Assembly: GCA_964291675.2 (NCBI GenBank)
Contig: OZ219866.1
Span: 1,504,001-1,568,000 of the forward strand
Origin: Alphaproteobacteria bacterium
GTDB lineage: Bacteria; Pseudomonadota; Alphaproteobacteria; MPNO01
Direction: 5' to 3'
Length of the DNA: 64,000 nt
The notes beneath the pieces were generated by a model. The model worked only from the letters and a program-made list of their open reading frames with translations. It made no database searches and had not been told where the DNA came from. Positions 26,505 to 35,697 of the stretch are shown in pieces (position 1 is the first letter of the stretch; each line of letters starts with the position of its first letter). Both the position numbers and the translations under genes were made by a program.

Positions 26505-27170
26505 ATGACGGAAGTCAACACCTTTCGTGCGCTCGAAAACGCTTTTTCTCGCGAACGGATGCAAACCTACCTTGACGCCGCTCACGGGGATCGAGCGGTA
26601 GCCCTTCAGCACTATACCCGAAACGCACAACTCGGGGCCGCGTTCCACGGACCGTTGCAAGCACTCGAGGTCGCTTTGCGAAACGCCATGCATGCTCGGC
26701 TTGCCGCGCGTTACGGCAGCCAGTGGTACATGAACCCTGCTCCTGGCCTCGACAGCCACGCCCGTGGCGCCATAGACGCCGTTTTGGCGCATGGCATGGG
26801 TGCGCCAACCCCGGGGCAGTTCGTAGCGTCGATGTCGCTGGGCTTCTGGGTAAGGCTTGTCGGCCGTGGCGGCCGCATCAACGGCGGTCGCAAAGCTGAC
26901 TACGAGAGGACACTCTGGCGTCCGGCACTGTTCAAGGCCTTTCCGGGCCGTCCTCGGAGGACAGTACAGCAGAGACTGAATCGCCTGCGACAGCTTCGAA
27001 ACCGGATCGCGCATCACGAACCGATATTCGATCGGGATCTGTGGGAGGACTACCGGAGCCTCCTGGAGGCCGTGGGCTGGATCTCGGCAGATGTCCGAAC
27101 ATGGATTGAGGCCCACAGCATTTTGCCGGGCGCGCTCCAAGCGCCGCGCTCCGCGCCGATCCGTTTCTAG
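26505..27170 (+). CDS. Abi-like (Abi_2/AbiD/AbiF family) HEPN RNase toxin
   Basis: FSRERMQTY, LQALEVALRN, LGFWVRL, LRNRIAHHEPIF (RxxxxH); visibly more A/T-ending codons than the flanking genes. Confidence 0.8.
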   Translation: MTEVNTFRALENAFSRERMQTYLDAAHGDRAVALQHYTRNAQLGAAFHGPLQALEVALRNAMHARLAARYGSQWYMNPAPGLDSHARGAIDAVLAHGMGAPTPGQFVASMSLGFWVRLVGRGGRINGGRKADYERTLWRPALFKAFPGRPRRTVQQRLNRLRQLRNRIAHHEPIFDRDLWEDYRSLLEAVGWISADVRTWIEAHSILPGALQAPRSAPIRF

Positions 27171-27206
27171 CCCGGCTTCGCATCGCCAAGTCATGACGCC
27201 GCGCCT

Positions 27207-27320
27207 TGCCGTCGGTCATGAACGCCGTCAACGACGCGCTGCACCGCATCGGCGCGCCGCCGGTCGAAATGCCGGCGACGGCGGAGAAGGTCTGGCGGGC
27301 GATGCGCCGGGCGGGCGGCT
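27207..27320 (+). repeat. 114-bp direct repeat, right copy (non-coding duplicate ending in TGA)
   Basis: Offset 982 bp from the left copy; encodes the same MNAVNDALHRIGAPPVEMPATAEKVWRAMRRAGG. Confidence 0.95.
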
Positions 27321-27335
27321 GAACGCGAACCCGGG

Positions 27336-27713
27336 TCACCAGCGCCGGTCGACGGGGACCCGGTCGAACACCTTGTCGATCGAAACCAGGGCGCAGCTCT
27401 CCAGCAGCGCCTGGGCCGCCAGCAGCCGGTCCCAGGGATCGCGATGCGCCCAGTCGAGCTGGGCGGCGTATTCCGCGTGGTCGTGGGTGATGGCGAGCTC
27501 TTCCACGGCGTTGCGCCGGAGCGCGGCGCGCAACTCTTGCGGCGGCAAGCTCACCCGCCCGCGTCCCGCCTTGAGCTCGATCTCGTAGATCGAGGCCGCG
27601 CTGACCAGGACCGGGTTCGCGGCGTCCAAGATCAGGTCCCGCGCGACCGCCGAGAGCCTGGGGCTGCCCGCCAACCACCAATAGACCGCCTGGCTGTCGA
27701 GCAGCAGCCTCAC
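27336..27713 (-). CDS. vapC: VapC/PIN-domain toxin
   Basis: RLLLDSQ, VSAASIYEI, HRDPWDRLLAAQA, LVSID; GTGA overlap with the antitoxin. Confidence 0.9.
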   Translation of the reverse strand: MRLLLDSQAVYWWLAGSPRLSAVARDLILDAANPVLVSAASIYEIELKAGRGRVSLPPQELRAALRRNAVEELAITHDHAEYAAQLDWAHRDPWDRLLAAQALLESCALVSIDKVFDRVPVDRRW

Positions 27714-27991
27714 CGACCGGGCGCGCGTCCGCGCCAGATACCGAGCGAATCGGTGCCCGCGCCCGCGTCGATCCCCGCCTGTTCGGGATCCTCGGCGTCG
27801 AACAGATCGTCGGGCAAGCGCAGATGCGCCAGCGGCGCGGACTCGCGTTCTCCCCGCTCGGCCGGCGGCAGCAGCCGGGCATGGGGCTCATCGCCCTTCC
27901 TGATCAGGATCTCCTCCCCGGACCGGGCGCGGTCCAGAATCTCCGAGAAGCGGGCGCGGGCCTCCGCGACCTTGTACGTGGCGGGCGGCAC
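27710..27991 (-). CDS. Phd/YefM-family antitoxin
   Basis: VAEARARFSEILDRARSGEEILIRKGDEPHARLLP; GTG start after ggggag. Confidence 0.85.
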   Translation of the reverse strand: MPPATYKVAEARARFSEILDRARSGEEILIRKGDEPHARLLPPAERGERESAPLAHLRLPDDLFDAEDPEQAGIDAGAGTDSLGIWRGRAPGR

Positions 27992-28067
27992 GATGGAACT
28001 CCCCTGTCTGCGGCGACAGGCGTATTGTACAACAGAGTTGGTCATTTGCAAGGAGGGGCAATCCCGC

Positions 28068-29264
28068 TCAGCCGTTCCACAGCCGTTCGCTGGCGAGCTT
28101 CGCGCCTTCGGCGAGCGCGCCGAGCTTGGCCCATTGCACGCTCGGGTGGACGCGGCGGTGGAACGGGCCCTGGGCGAAGCCGCAATCGGTCGAGGCGATG
28201 ACGTTCTCCCGCCCGACCAGCCCGGCGAGACGCAAGATGCGCTCGGCGACCAGCTCGGGATGCTCGACGACGTTGGTGGCGTGGCTGATCACGCCCGGGA
28301 TCAGCAGCTTGCCGTCGGGCAGCGTCACGTCCTTCCACACCGCCCATTCGTGCTCGTGGCGCGGGTTCGCCATCTCCAGCACGTAGGCGCCGGCGTTGAC
28401 GCTCAGGATCAGGTCGACGATGTCGCGGATCGGGACGTCGCTCGTATGCGGGCCGGGCCAGCTCCCCCAGCAGACGTGGTAGCGCACCCGTTCCGGCGGG
28501 ATTCCGTCGAGCGCGTGGTTGAGCGCCTCCATGTGGAGGGCGAGCCACGCGCGGTAGTCCCGCATGGTCGCCGGCGGGACCATGCGGTCATAGGTGACCG
28601 CCGCGCGCGCGTCGTCGATCTGGACCAGCAGCCCGGCCTCGGCGATGGTCCGGTACTCGACCCGCATGGCGTCGGCGATGGCGAACACCAGCGCCTCGTC
28701 GCTCTCGTAGCACTCGTTCTTCCTATCCGGGATGACGCTCGCCGGCGCGGCGACGGGCAAAAACCCCTCCGCCACGTCGACCTCGGCGAGCGCCGCCTTG
28801 AAGTTGCCGATGTCGCGCTCCAGCGCATCGTGGCCGGTATAGGCGATCGGCGCGACGCAGACCGACTCGTAGCGCGCGCCGGCGCCGCCGTCGAAGCGTC
28901 CCTGCGCCCGGTCCTGCGCGTCGAGCTCGGCGTAGAACTCGGGAAAGCGCTCCCGGTCGAGGCCGCGGGCGAACGGGTCCGCCGCGCCGGGCGCCACCGG
29001 GCGCCGCTCGAACCCGTCCAGACGTTCGAGCACGTATTGCGACCAGCTGATCGACTTGCCGAACTCGCCGTCGCTGATGACGTCGACCCCGGTCTCCGCC
29101 TGGCGCCGCGCGATCTCCGCCACCGACCCGGCGAGCACGCTCCGGTGATACGCCTCGTCCACCGCGACGCCGTTCTGCCTTGCCGTCAGGATGTCCCGGA
29201 TCGCCTTCGGCCGGATCAGGCTCCCCACATGGGTGGTGAGAATGCGCTCTTCGCTCCGTTTCAC
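28068..29264 (-). CDS. Cobalamin-independent methionine synthase II family protein
   Basis: ILTTHVGSL, SDGEFGK, HVCWGSWPGPH, EMANPRHEHE, VEHPELVAERI, STDCGF. Confidence 0.88.
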   Translation of the reverse strand: MKRSEERILTTHVGSLIRPKAIRDILTARQNGVAVDEAYHRSVLAGSVAEIARRQAETGVDVISDGEFGKSISWSQYVLERLDGFERRPVAPGAADPFARGLDRERFPEFYAELDAQDRAQGRFDGGAGARYESVCVAPIAYTGHDALERDIGNFKAALAEVDVAEGFLPVAAPASVIPDRKNECYESDEALVFAIADAMRVEYRTIAEAGLLVQIDDARAAVTYDRMVPPATMRDYRAWLALHMEALNHALDGIPPERVRYHVCWGSWPGPHTSDVPIRDIVDLILSVNAGAYVLEMANPRHEHEWAVWKDVTLPDGKLLIPGVISHATNVVEHPELVAERILRLAGLVGRENVIASTDCGFAQGPFHRRVHPSVQWAKLGALAEGAKLASERLWNG

Positions 29265-29372
29265 CGGATCGGACTCCTCTCGAAGGTGGACCGGGCGGAG
29301 CCTAACAAGAAAGGCCTATCCCTCGCGACGCCTTGACCGCCGCAAGCGGTTGCGGCAATTGGGGCGGAGGAG

Positions 29373-31700
29373 GTGCGCATCATGGACGGAACGGAGGCGG
29401 TCCCGACCGGGGCGCATTGGGGGATCTACGACGTGCTGGTCTCGGGCGGGCGCGTGGTCGGCGCGCGGCCGTGGGAGGAGGACCCCGACCCGGCGCCGCT
29501 CTACGCCGCGCTGCCGGAGACGGTCGACCATCCGACGCGGATCGCCCGGCCCATGGTGCGCGCGGGCTACCACAACGCGGGGCCCGATTCCGACACGGCG
29601 GGGCGCGGCGCCGAGCCTTTCGTGCCGGTCTCCTGGGAGCGCGCGCTCGACCTTATCGCAGGCGAGCTCGAACGGGTGAAGCGCGCGCACGGCAACGAGG
29701 CGATCTATGCCGGTAGCTACGGCTGGGCCAGCTCGGGCAAGATCCACCACCCGCGCACCCTGGTCCGCCGTCTGCTCAACCTTTACGGCGGCGCGACCGA
29801 CCATGTCGGCAACTATAGCTGCGGGGCGGCGCTGGTCGTGGTGCCGCATATCCTCGGGACCGCCGCGCCTGTCGGCATGCAGGCGACGGAGTGGCGCAAC
29901 ATCGCCGCCAACACGGAGCTGATCGTGAGCTTCGGCGGCATGGCGCCCAAGAACTTGCAGGTCTCGTTCGGCGGGCCCGGCCCGCATGTCGCGCGCGGCT
30001 GGATCGAGCGGCTCGGCGAGGCCGGGATCGAGGCGGTGTCGATCAGCCCGCTCCGCGACGACGCGGTGGCGGCGCTCGGCGCGCGCTGGCTGCCGATCCG
30101 CCCCAACAGCGACACCGCGCTGATGCTCGGGCTCGCCCACACGCTGGTCGCCGAAGACCTGCACGACCGCGCCTTTCTCGAGCGCTACTGCGTCGGCTTC
30201 GAGCGGTTCCGCGCCTATCTCGAGGGTGAGAGCGACGGCGTCGCCAAGGACGCCGACTGGGCCGCCGCGCGCTCGGACATCGGGGCCGACGAGATCCGGG
30301 CGCTGGCCCGCCGCATGGCGGCGGCCCGCACCATGATCACGCTCAGCTACTCGCTGCAGCGCGCCGATCGGGGCGAGCAGCCGATCTGGATGGGCATTGC
30401 CCTGGCCTGCATGCTGGGCCAGATCGGGCTTCCGGGCGGCGGGTTCGGCATCGGCTACGGCGCCATGGGCTCGATCGGCAACCCGAAGATCGCTTCCGGG
30501 CCGCGCGGGCTGCCTGTGGGGAAGGACCCGACCGGGAGCTTCATCCCCGTCGCGCGCATCGCCGACATGCTGCTCGACCCGGGCGGCGCATACGACTTCA
30601 ACGGCAAGCGGCGGATTTATCCGGACATCCGCATGGTCTGGTGGGCCGGCGGCAACCCGTTCCACCACCACCAGGATCTCAACCGGCTGCTGCGCGCCTG
30701 GCGCAAGCCGGAGACCATCGTCGTGCAGGACCCGTTCTGGACGCCCGCCGCGCGCCATGCCGACATCGTGCTGCCCGCGGCGAGCGCGCTGGAACGCAAC
30801 GATATCGGCGCCGGGACGCGCGATTCCACGATCTACGCCACGCGCCGCGCGGTGGCGCCGGTGGGCGAGGCGCGGAGCGACTACGACATCGTCGCCGCGC
30901 TCGCCGAACGGCTCGGCCTCGCCCAAAAATTCACCGCGGGCAAGGACGAGCTCGGCTGGATCCGCGAGAGCTATGACGGCTTCGCCGCCCGCATGGCGCG
31001 CGAAGGGACGGAGCTGCCGCCCTTCGAGGCGTTCTGGCGGGCCGGACGGGTGCGCGTGACGGAGCCCGACGACGACTTCGTCCTGTTCGCCGATTTCCGC
31101 GCCGACCCCGAGGCGAGCCCGCTGGGCACGCCGTCCGGCCGGATCGAGATCTATTCCGACACCGTCGCCGGCTTCGGCTACGACGACTGCCCCGGCCACC
31201 CGGTATGGATCGAGCCGCGCGAATGGCTGGGGGCTCCGCTCGCCGCCCGGTTTCCGCTGCATCTGGTCTCCAACCAGCCGGCGACCCGTCTGCACAGCCA
31301 GCTCGACCCGTCCCCGGTCAGCGCGTCGGGCAAGGTGGCGGGGCGCGAGGCGGCGACCGTCCACCCGGATGACGCCGGGCCGCGCGGCATCGCCGACGGC
31401 GATTTGGTGCGCATCCACAACGACCGCGGCCAGTGCCTTGCCGGAGCGCGGGTCAGCGAGGCGGTGCGCCCCGGCGTCGTCGTGCTGCCGACCGGCGCCT
31501 GGTACGACCCGGCGGAGCCCGGGACGATCGGCACGCTCGACCGGCACGGCAACCCCAACCTGCTGACCCACGACCGCGGCACCTCCCGCCTCTCCCAGGC
31601 GACGGCCGCCCATTCCGCGCTGGTCGAGATCGAGCGCTGGGACGGCCCCGCCCCGCCGGTCGCGGTGCACGCCCCGCCGCCGGTGGCGGAAGGGGGGTAG
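29373..31700 (+). CDS. Mo-bisMGD S/N-oxide reductase (BisC/TorA/DorA family), no Tat leader
   Basis: AHWG, PMVRAG, GSYGWASSG, GNYSCGAA (Ser ligand), GGNPFHHHQD, RLHSQL, GAWYDP. Confidence 0.9.
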   Translation: MRIMDGTEAVPTGAHWGIYDVLVSGGRVVGARPWEEDPDPAPLYAALPETVDHPTRIARPMVRAGYHNAGPDSDTAGRGAEPFVPVSWERALDLIAGELERVKRAHGNEAIYAGSYGWASSGKIHHPRTLVRRLLNLYGGATDHVGNYSCGAALVVVPHILGTAAPVGMQATEWRNIAANTELIVSFGGMAPKNLQVSFGGPGPHVARGWIERLGEAGIEAVSISPLRDDAVAALGARWLPIRPNSDTALMLGLAHTLVAEDLHDRAFLERYCVGFERFRAYLEGESDGVAKDADWAAARSDIGADEIRALARRMAAARTMITLSYSLQRADRGEQPIWMGIALACMLGQIGLPGGGFGIGYGAMGSIGNPKIASGPRGLPVGKDPTGSFIPVARIADMLLDPGGAYDFNGKRRIYPDIRMVWWAGGNPFHHHQDLNRLLRAWRKPETIVVQDPFWTPAARHADIVLPAASALERNDIGAGTRDSTIYATRRAVAPVGEARSDYDIVAALAERLGLAQKFTAGKDELGWIRESYDGFAARMAREGTELPPFEAFWRAGRVRVTEPDDDFVLFADFRADPEASPLGTPSGRIEIYSDTVAGFGYDDCPGHPVWIEPREWLGAPLAARFPLHLVSNQPATRLHSQLDPSPVSASGKVAGREAATVHPDDAGPRGIADGDLVRIHNDRGQCLAGARVSEAVRPGVVVLPTGAWYDPAEPGTIGTLDRHGNPNLLTHDRGTSRLSQATAAHSALVEIERWDGPAPPVAVHAPPPVAEGG

Positions 31701-31741
31701 GGCGAGGCCGGTTCGGTCTCAGCCGCTGCCGCTACCCCTTT

Positions 31742-32390
31742 CGTCATGCCTGGACTTGATCCGGGCGCCCGCGAGCGGTGCATGGAGAGCCGGGCGCGGC
31801 CCGCCCCATCGCCATGCCTCCCCCCGTCATGCCCGGACTTGATCCACTGCTGTCCGGTTTGTATGAGTTGGACCGGGCGCAAAGCCTTGTTCCGGGCGGG
31901 ATATCGGCGCATCCGCCGGATCGGGACACGGATCGCCGCACGCCCGCACTTGCCGTCCCTGCCTCTCCGTTGTCACGCCGGCCTCGTTCCGGGCACCCAC
32001 GGGCGGGGCGGGCCGCCCCCGGCTCCCGTGCTCCTCCACCGCCACCCCCACCCCGTCATGGCCGGACTTGATCCGGCCACCCATGCGCGGACTTGATCCG
32101 CGCAACCACTGGCGCCACCGGTACAACGCCCCGTCGGAAGGAGCGGCGGCGCCAGTGGATGCCCGGATCAAGTCCGGGCATGACGATGGGGGGAGGCATG
32201 GTGATGGGGCGGGGAACGCCGGGCGCGACCCGCGTCGAAGGCTAAACCGGACAGCAGTGGACTCGATCCGGCCATCCATGGGCGGTGCATGGAGAACCGG
32301 GTGCGGCCCGCCCCCATCGCCATCCCTCCAGACGGATCGCCGTGCGTGGCGAGGGCCGCATGGATGGCCGGATCAAGTCCGGCCATGACG
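31742..32390. repeat. Cluster of gtcatg(g/c)ccggacttgatccgg-type REP palindromes
   Basis: Forward units at about 31743, 31826, 31972 and 32055; reverse units at about 32157-32185 and 32362-32390; a ~47-bp direct repeat at about 31775 and 32282. Confidence 0.9.
31846..32258. mobile_element. 413-bp non-autonomous TIR element inserted in a REP loop
   Basis: Perfect TIRs actgctgtccggttt / aaaccggacagcagt, flanked by ggacttgatcc (31835-31845) and ggactcgatcc (32259-32269). Confidence 0.7.
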
Positions 32391-32524
32391 TGTGAAGAGG
32401 CACGGAGTCGAAAGGCGACGATCTCGTCCATCGGGTCACCGCGTCCTGACAGATATGCGATGGCGGCGCGCAGCAGCGCTTCCGAACGCATTCTGCCGAC
32501 GCATGGGCTCTTGAACGCCGGAAT

Positions 32525-33115
32525 TCAGGCGGCGGTTCGCCAGGGCCTGCCGGACGGGCGTCCGCGAAGCGGATGAGCCCTGGCATAGAGTTCGGCGGCT
32601 GCGAAAGCCTCGCCTGGAACCTCCGGATAGTCGGCCGCAAGGTCGCCCAGCGTGTCGCCGTCCCGCAACCGTCCGAGGATCGCATAAACCGTCAACCGCG
32701 TTCCCGCGATCACCGGCGTCCCGCCCAGGATGTCGGGATCGGACGCAATGTACCGGTCGCGCGCATCCCGGTATCGCTCCGCGGCGCGCAGCGCCTCCCC
32801 CGAGAGCCGTCGCAGGTCGAGCGTCGCTCCGCGGGCGAATTCGACGGTCCCGAGGCGCTTGGGTTCCAGCCGCGCCAGGCGGATCCAGATGGCCCGCTTG
32901 TGGCGCAATGGGAGGTCCGTGAGGCTCGCGGCTTCGAGCGAGTGAAAATAGGCGACGGCCCGGATCGGCAAGAATCGCGTCGCCCCGCCGCGAAAGCGGG
33001 GCGGGGCGGTCACGGCCCGCAAGATCCCCGCTTGCAGCGCTTTCTCTACCGTCGCCTTCGGCACCCGTGACAGGGCGGCGGTCTCCCGAACGGTCAAGTC
33101 GGCGGCGGGTTGCAT
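32525..33115 (-). CDS. DUF433-domain protein (antitoxin-like, with an N-terminal HTH)
   Basis: C-terminal DPDILGGTPVIAGTRLTVYAIL...LAADYPEV; N-terminal LTVRETAALSRV. Confidence 0.8.
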   Translation of the reverse strand: MQPAADLTVRETAALSRVPKATVEKALQAGILRAVTAPPRFRGGATRFLPIRAVAYFHSLEAASLTDLPLRHKRAIWIRLARLEPKRLGTVEFARGATLDLRRLSGEALRAAERYRDARDRYIASDPDILGGTPVIAGTRLTVYAILGRLRDGDTLGDLAADYPEVPGEAFAAAELYARAHPLRGRPSGRPWRTAA

Positions 33116-33249
33116 TAATCGTTTCCCATCAGATACGAATATAATTCCGGCGACCGGGACGGCAAGGTCGTGCGGCGCGAGGTCGAACGGTCTTGCCTTG
33201 CCGCCTCGCCGCGGGGACAATCCGCGGAGGCTTGGGATGGGGCGGAGCG

Positions 33250-34065
33250 ATGGCCACGGTCCTGGAAGACAGACATATCAGCGACGAGGAGCGGGCGGCG
33301 TGGCGGCGCGACGGGGCGCTCCGCCTGCGCGGCGTGGTGGCGCCGGAGTGGCTCGAGCTGCTCGCCGAGGGGATGGCCGCCGCGATCGCCGAGCCGAGCG
33401 AGGTCGCCAAGGATTACGGCGAGGGCGAGAGCCGGTTCCACACCGACCACGGCATGTTCCTGCGCTTCGAGCAGTTCCGCCGCTTCATGCACGAATCGCC
33501 GATGGCAAGACTCGCCGCCGAGCTGATGGGGGCGAGCCGGATCAATCTCTATGACGAGCATCTGCTGATCAAGGAGCCCGGCACCGACACGCCCACCTGG
33601 TGGCATCACGACTTGCCCTATTTCCGCATCAAGGGCTCGCAGATCTGCAGCTTCTGGGTGCCGCTGGACCCGGTGACGGAGGAAACGGGCTCGCTCCGCT
33701 TCGCGGTCGGCTCGCACGCCTGGGGCAAGTTGTTCCGCCCGGTCAGGATCGGCCGCGGCGATTTCGTGCCCGAGACCGAGCAGTTCGACGACACGGTGCC
33801 CGACATCGACGGCGATCCCGAGCGCTACCCCACGGTCTGCTTCGACCTCGACCCGGGCGACGTGGCGGTGTTCCACGGCGCGACCCTGCACGCGGCCAAC
33901 GGCAACCCGTTGCCGACGCCGCGCCGCGCGGTCTCGCTCCGCTTCTGCGGCGACGACATCACCTGGAATCCGGGGCGCTACTCGCCGACCTTCTACGACG
34001 CGCCGCATCTCGTCGAAGGCGGGCCGATCGACGCCGAGATCTTTCCGAGACTCTGGACCCGTTGA
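33250..34065 (+). CDS. Phytanoyl-CoA dioxygenase (PhyH) family 2OG-Fe(II) oxygenase
   Basis: KEPG...WHHD, WVPLD, GSLRFAVGSH, PGDVAVFHGATLH, RRAVS. Confidence 0.88.
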   Translation: MATVLEDRHISDEERAAWRRDGALRLRGVVAPEWLELLAEGMAAAIAEPSEVAKDYGEGESRFHTDHGMFLRFEQFRRFMHESPMARLAAELMGASRINLYDEHLLIKEPGTDTPTWWHHDLPYFRIKGSQICSFWVPLDPVTEETGSLRFAVGSHAWGKLFRPVRIGRGDFVPETEQFDDTVPDIDGDPERYPTVCFDLDPGDVAVFHGATLHAANGNPLPTPRRAVSLRFCGDDITWNPGRYSPTFYDAPHLVEGGPIDAEIFPRLWTR

Positions 34066-34078
34066 CCGGCCCGCGGAG

Positions 34079-34939
34079 TCACGGCCAGGCGACGACGGGC
34101 GGCAGCGACATCAGGATCGCCTCCACGTTGCCGCCGGTCTTCAGGCCGAACTCGGTGCCCCGGTCGTAGAGCAGGTTGAACTCGACATAGCGCCCGCGCC
34201 GGATGAGCTGATGGGCGCGCTGCGCCTCGGTCCAGGGCGCGGCCATGCGCTCGCGGACGATTTTGGGATAGCTCTCCAGAACCGCGCAGCCCACGTCCCG
34301 GGTGAAGGCGAAATCGGCCTCCCAGTCGCCGCTCGCCAGATTGTCGTAGAAAATGCCGCCGGCGCCGCGCGGCTCGTCCCGGTGGGGCAGGAAGAAATAC
34401 TCGTCGCAGGCCTGCCTGTAGGTTGCGTAGCGGCCGGGATCGTAGGGGTCGCAGGCGGCCTTGAGCGCGGCGTGGAAGGCGGCCGCCGCGTCCTCGTCCG
34501 GGTAGATCGGGGTCAGGTCGCCGCCGCCGCCGAACCAGGCCTTGGCGGTGACGATGAAGCGCGTGTTCATGTGCATCGCCGGCACCAAGGGCGAGCGCGG
34601 ATGGGCGACCAGCGAGATGCCGCTCGCCCAGAAGCTGGGATCGTCCTCCGCGCCCGGGATGCGATGCTGGAACTGGGCCGAGAAGCGGCCGTGGACGGTG
34701 GAGAAATTGACCCCCATTTTCTCGAACACGCGGCCCTTCATGATCGACATCTCGCCGCCGCCGCCATCCGAGCCGTCCTCGGTCGGCCGCCGCCAGGTGC
34801 TGCGTTCGAACCGCCCGGGCGGGCCGGGCCCGTGCGCGTGCTCGTCCTCCAGCGCTTCGAAGGCGGCGCGGAAACGGTCGCGCAGGGTGCGGAACCATGC
34901 CGCCGCGCGCTGCTGCCTGTCCGCGACCGTCATCGCCAC
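34079..34939 (-). CDS. hemF: Oxygen-dependent coproporphyrinogen III oxidase
   Basis: [54 protein letters not shown]. Confidence 0.96.
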   Translation of the reverse strand: MAMTVADRQQRAAAWFRTLRDRFRAAFEALEDEHAHGPGPPGRFERSTWRRPTEDGSDGGGGEMSIMKGRVFEKMGVNFSTVHGRFSAQFQHRIPGAEDDPSFWASGISLVAHPRSPLVPAMHMNTRFIVTAKAWFGGGGDLTPIYPDEDAAAAFHAALKAACDPYDPGRYATYRQACDEYFFLPHRDEPRGAGGIFYDNLASGDWEADFAFTRDVGCAVLESYPKIVRERMAAPWTEAQRAHQLIRRGRYVEFNLLYDRGTEFGLKTGGNVEAILMSLPPVVAWP

Positions 34940-35133
34940 CTGGGTCCTTGATTCGGAGACGGATTCGATTATACCCGTTGCCCTGCCCGTTGCGCGATCC
35001 GGGCGGCGGGCAGCGGTTCCGGAGGCGGCCGCGCGGCCGCATTCCCGGGCAGCGTTGCGGCGCGCGCCGGCGGCGGCTAGTTTTCGCCGCTGCGGACCGT
35101 AACGTATCTTCCTGCCTGCCGAGAGGTTGCTCC

Positions 35134-35685
35134 ATGGCGGATTCCGAGGACACCAGGGCCGGCGACGGCCACGGCGAGACGCGCCGCGATTTTCTCTATC
35201 TGGCGACCGGCGCGTTCGGCGCGGCGGGCAGCGCGGTCGCGCTGTGGCCGCTGATCCACCAGATGAGCCCGGCCAAGGACACGCTGGCGCTGGCGACCAC
35301 CGAGGTCGACCTGTCGCCGATCGAGGTGGGGCAGAGCATCACCGTGGTGTGGCGCGGCAAGCCGGTCTTCGTGCGCCGGCGCACCGAGGCCGAGATCGAG
35401 CAGGCCGAGACGGTGGCGCTCGACGACCTGCCCGATCCCCAGCCGGACGGTCAGCGGACCAAGAAGCCCGAATGGCTGATCGTGGTCGGCGTCTGCACCC
35501 ATCTCGGCTGCATCCCCAAGGGGCAGGCGACGGGCGACAGGAAGGGCGATTTCGGCGGCTGGTTCTGCCCCTGCCACGGCTCGCACTACGACACCTCGGG
35601 ACGCATCCGCAAGGGGCCCGCGCCGGAGAACCTGGCGGTGCCGTCCTACGAGTTCCTGTCCGACAGCCTCGTGCGCATCGGCTAG
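35134..35685 (+). CDS. petA: Cytochrome bc1 Rieske iron-sulfur subunit
   Basis: Tat motif RRDFL, CTHLGC, CPCHGS, GPAP. Confidence 0.96.
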   Translation: MADSEDTRAGDGHGETRRDFLYLATGAFGAAGSAVALWPLIHQMSPAKDTLALATTEVDLSPIEVGQSITVVWRGKPVFVRRRTEAEIEQAETVALDDLPDPQPDGQRTKKPEWLIVVGVCTHLGCIPKGQATGDRKGDFGGWFCPCHGSHYDTSGRIRKGPAPENLAVPSYEFLSDSLVRIG

Positions 35686-35697
35686 GGGGGAAAGTCC

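Noticed and set aside
29265-29372. SAM or Moco riboswitch between the MetE-like and BisC-like genes
   Set aside because: I could not find the conserved SAM-II or Moco motif elements on either strand.
31742-32390. CRISPR array
   Set aside because: The repeats occur in both orientations with irregular spacing and internal palindromes, and there are no cas genes; this is a REP cluster.
31746-32576. Short ORFs over the repeat cluster and over the 270-bp elements
   Set aside because: They are translations of palindromic repeats (for example MPGLDP, MAGLDPAIH) with no coding signal.
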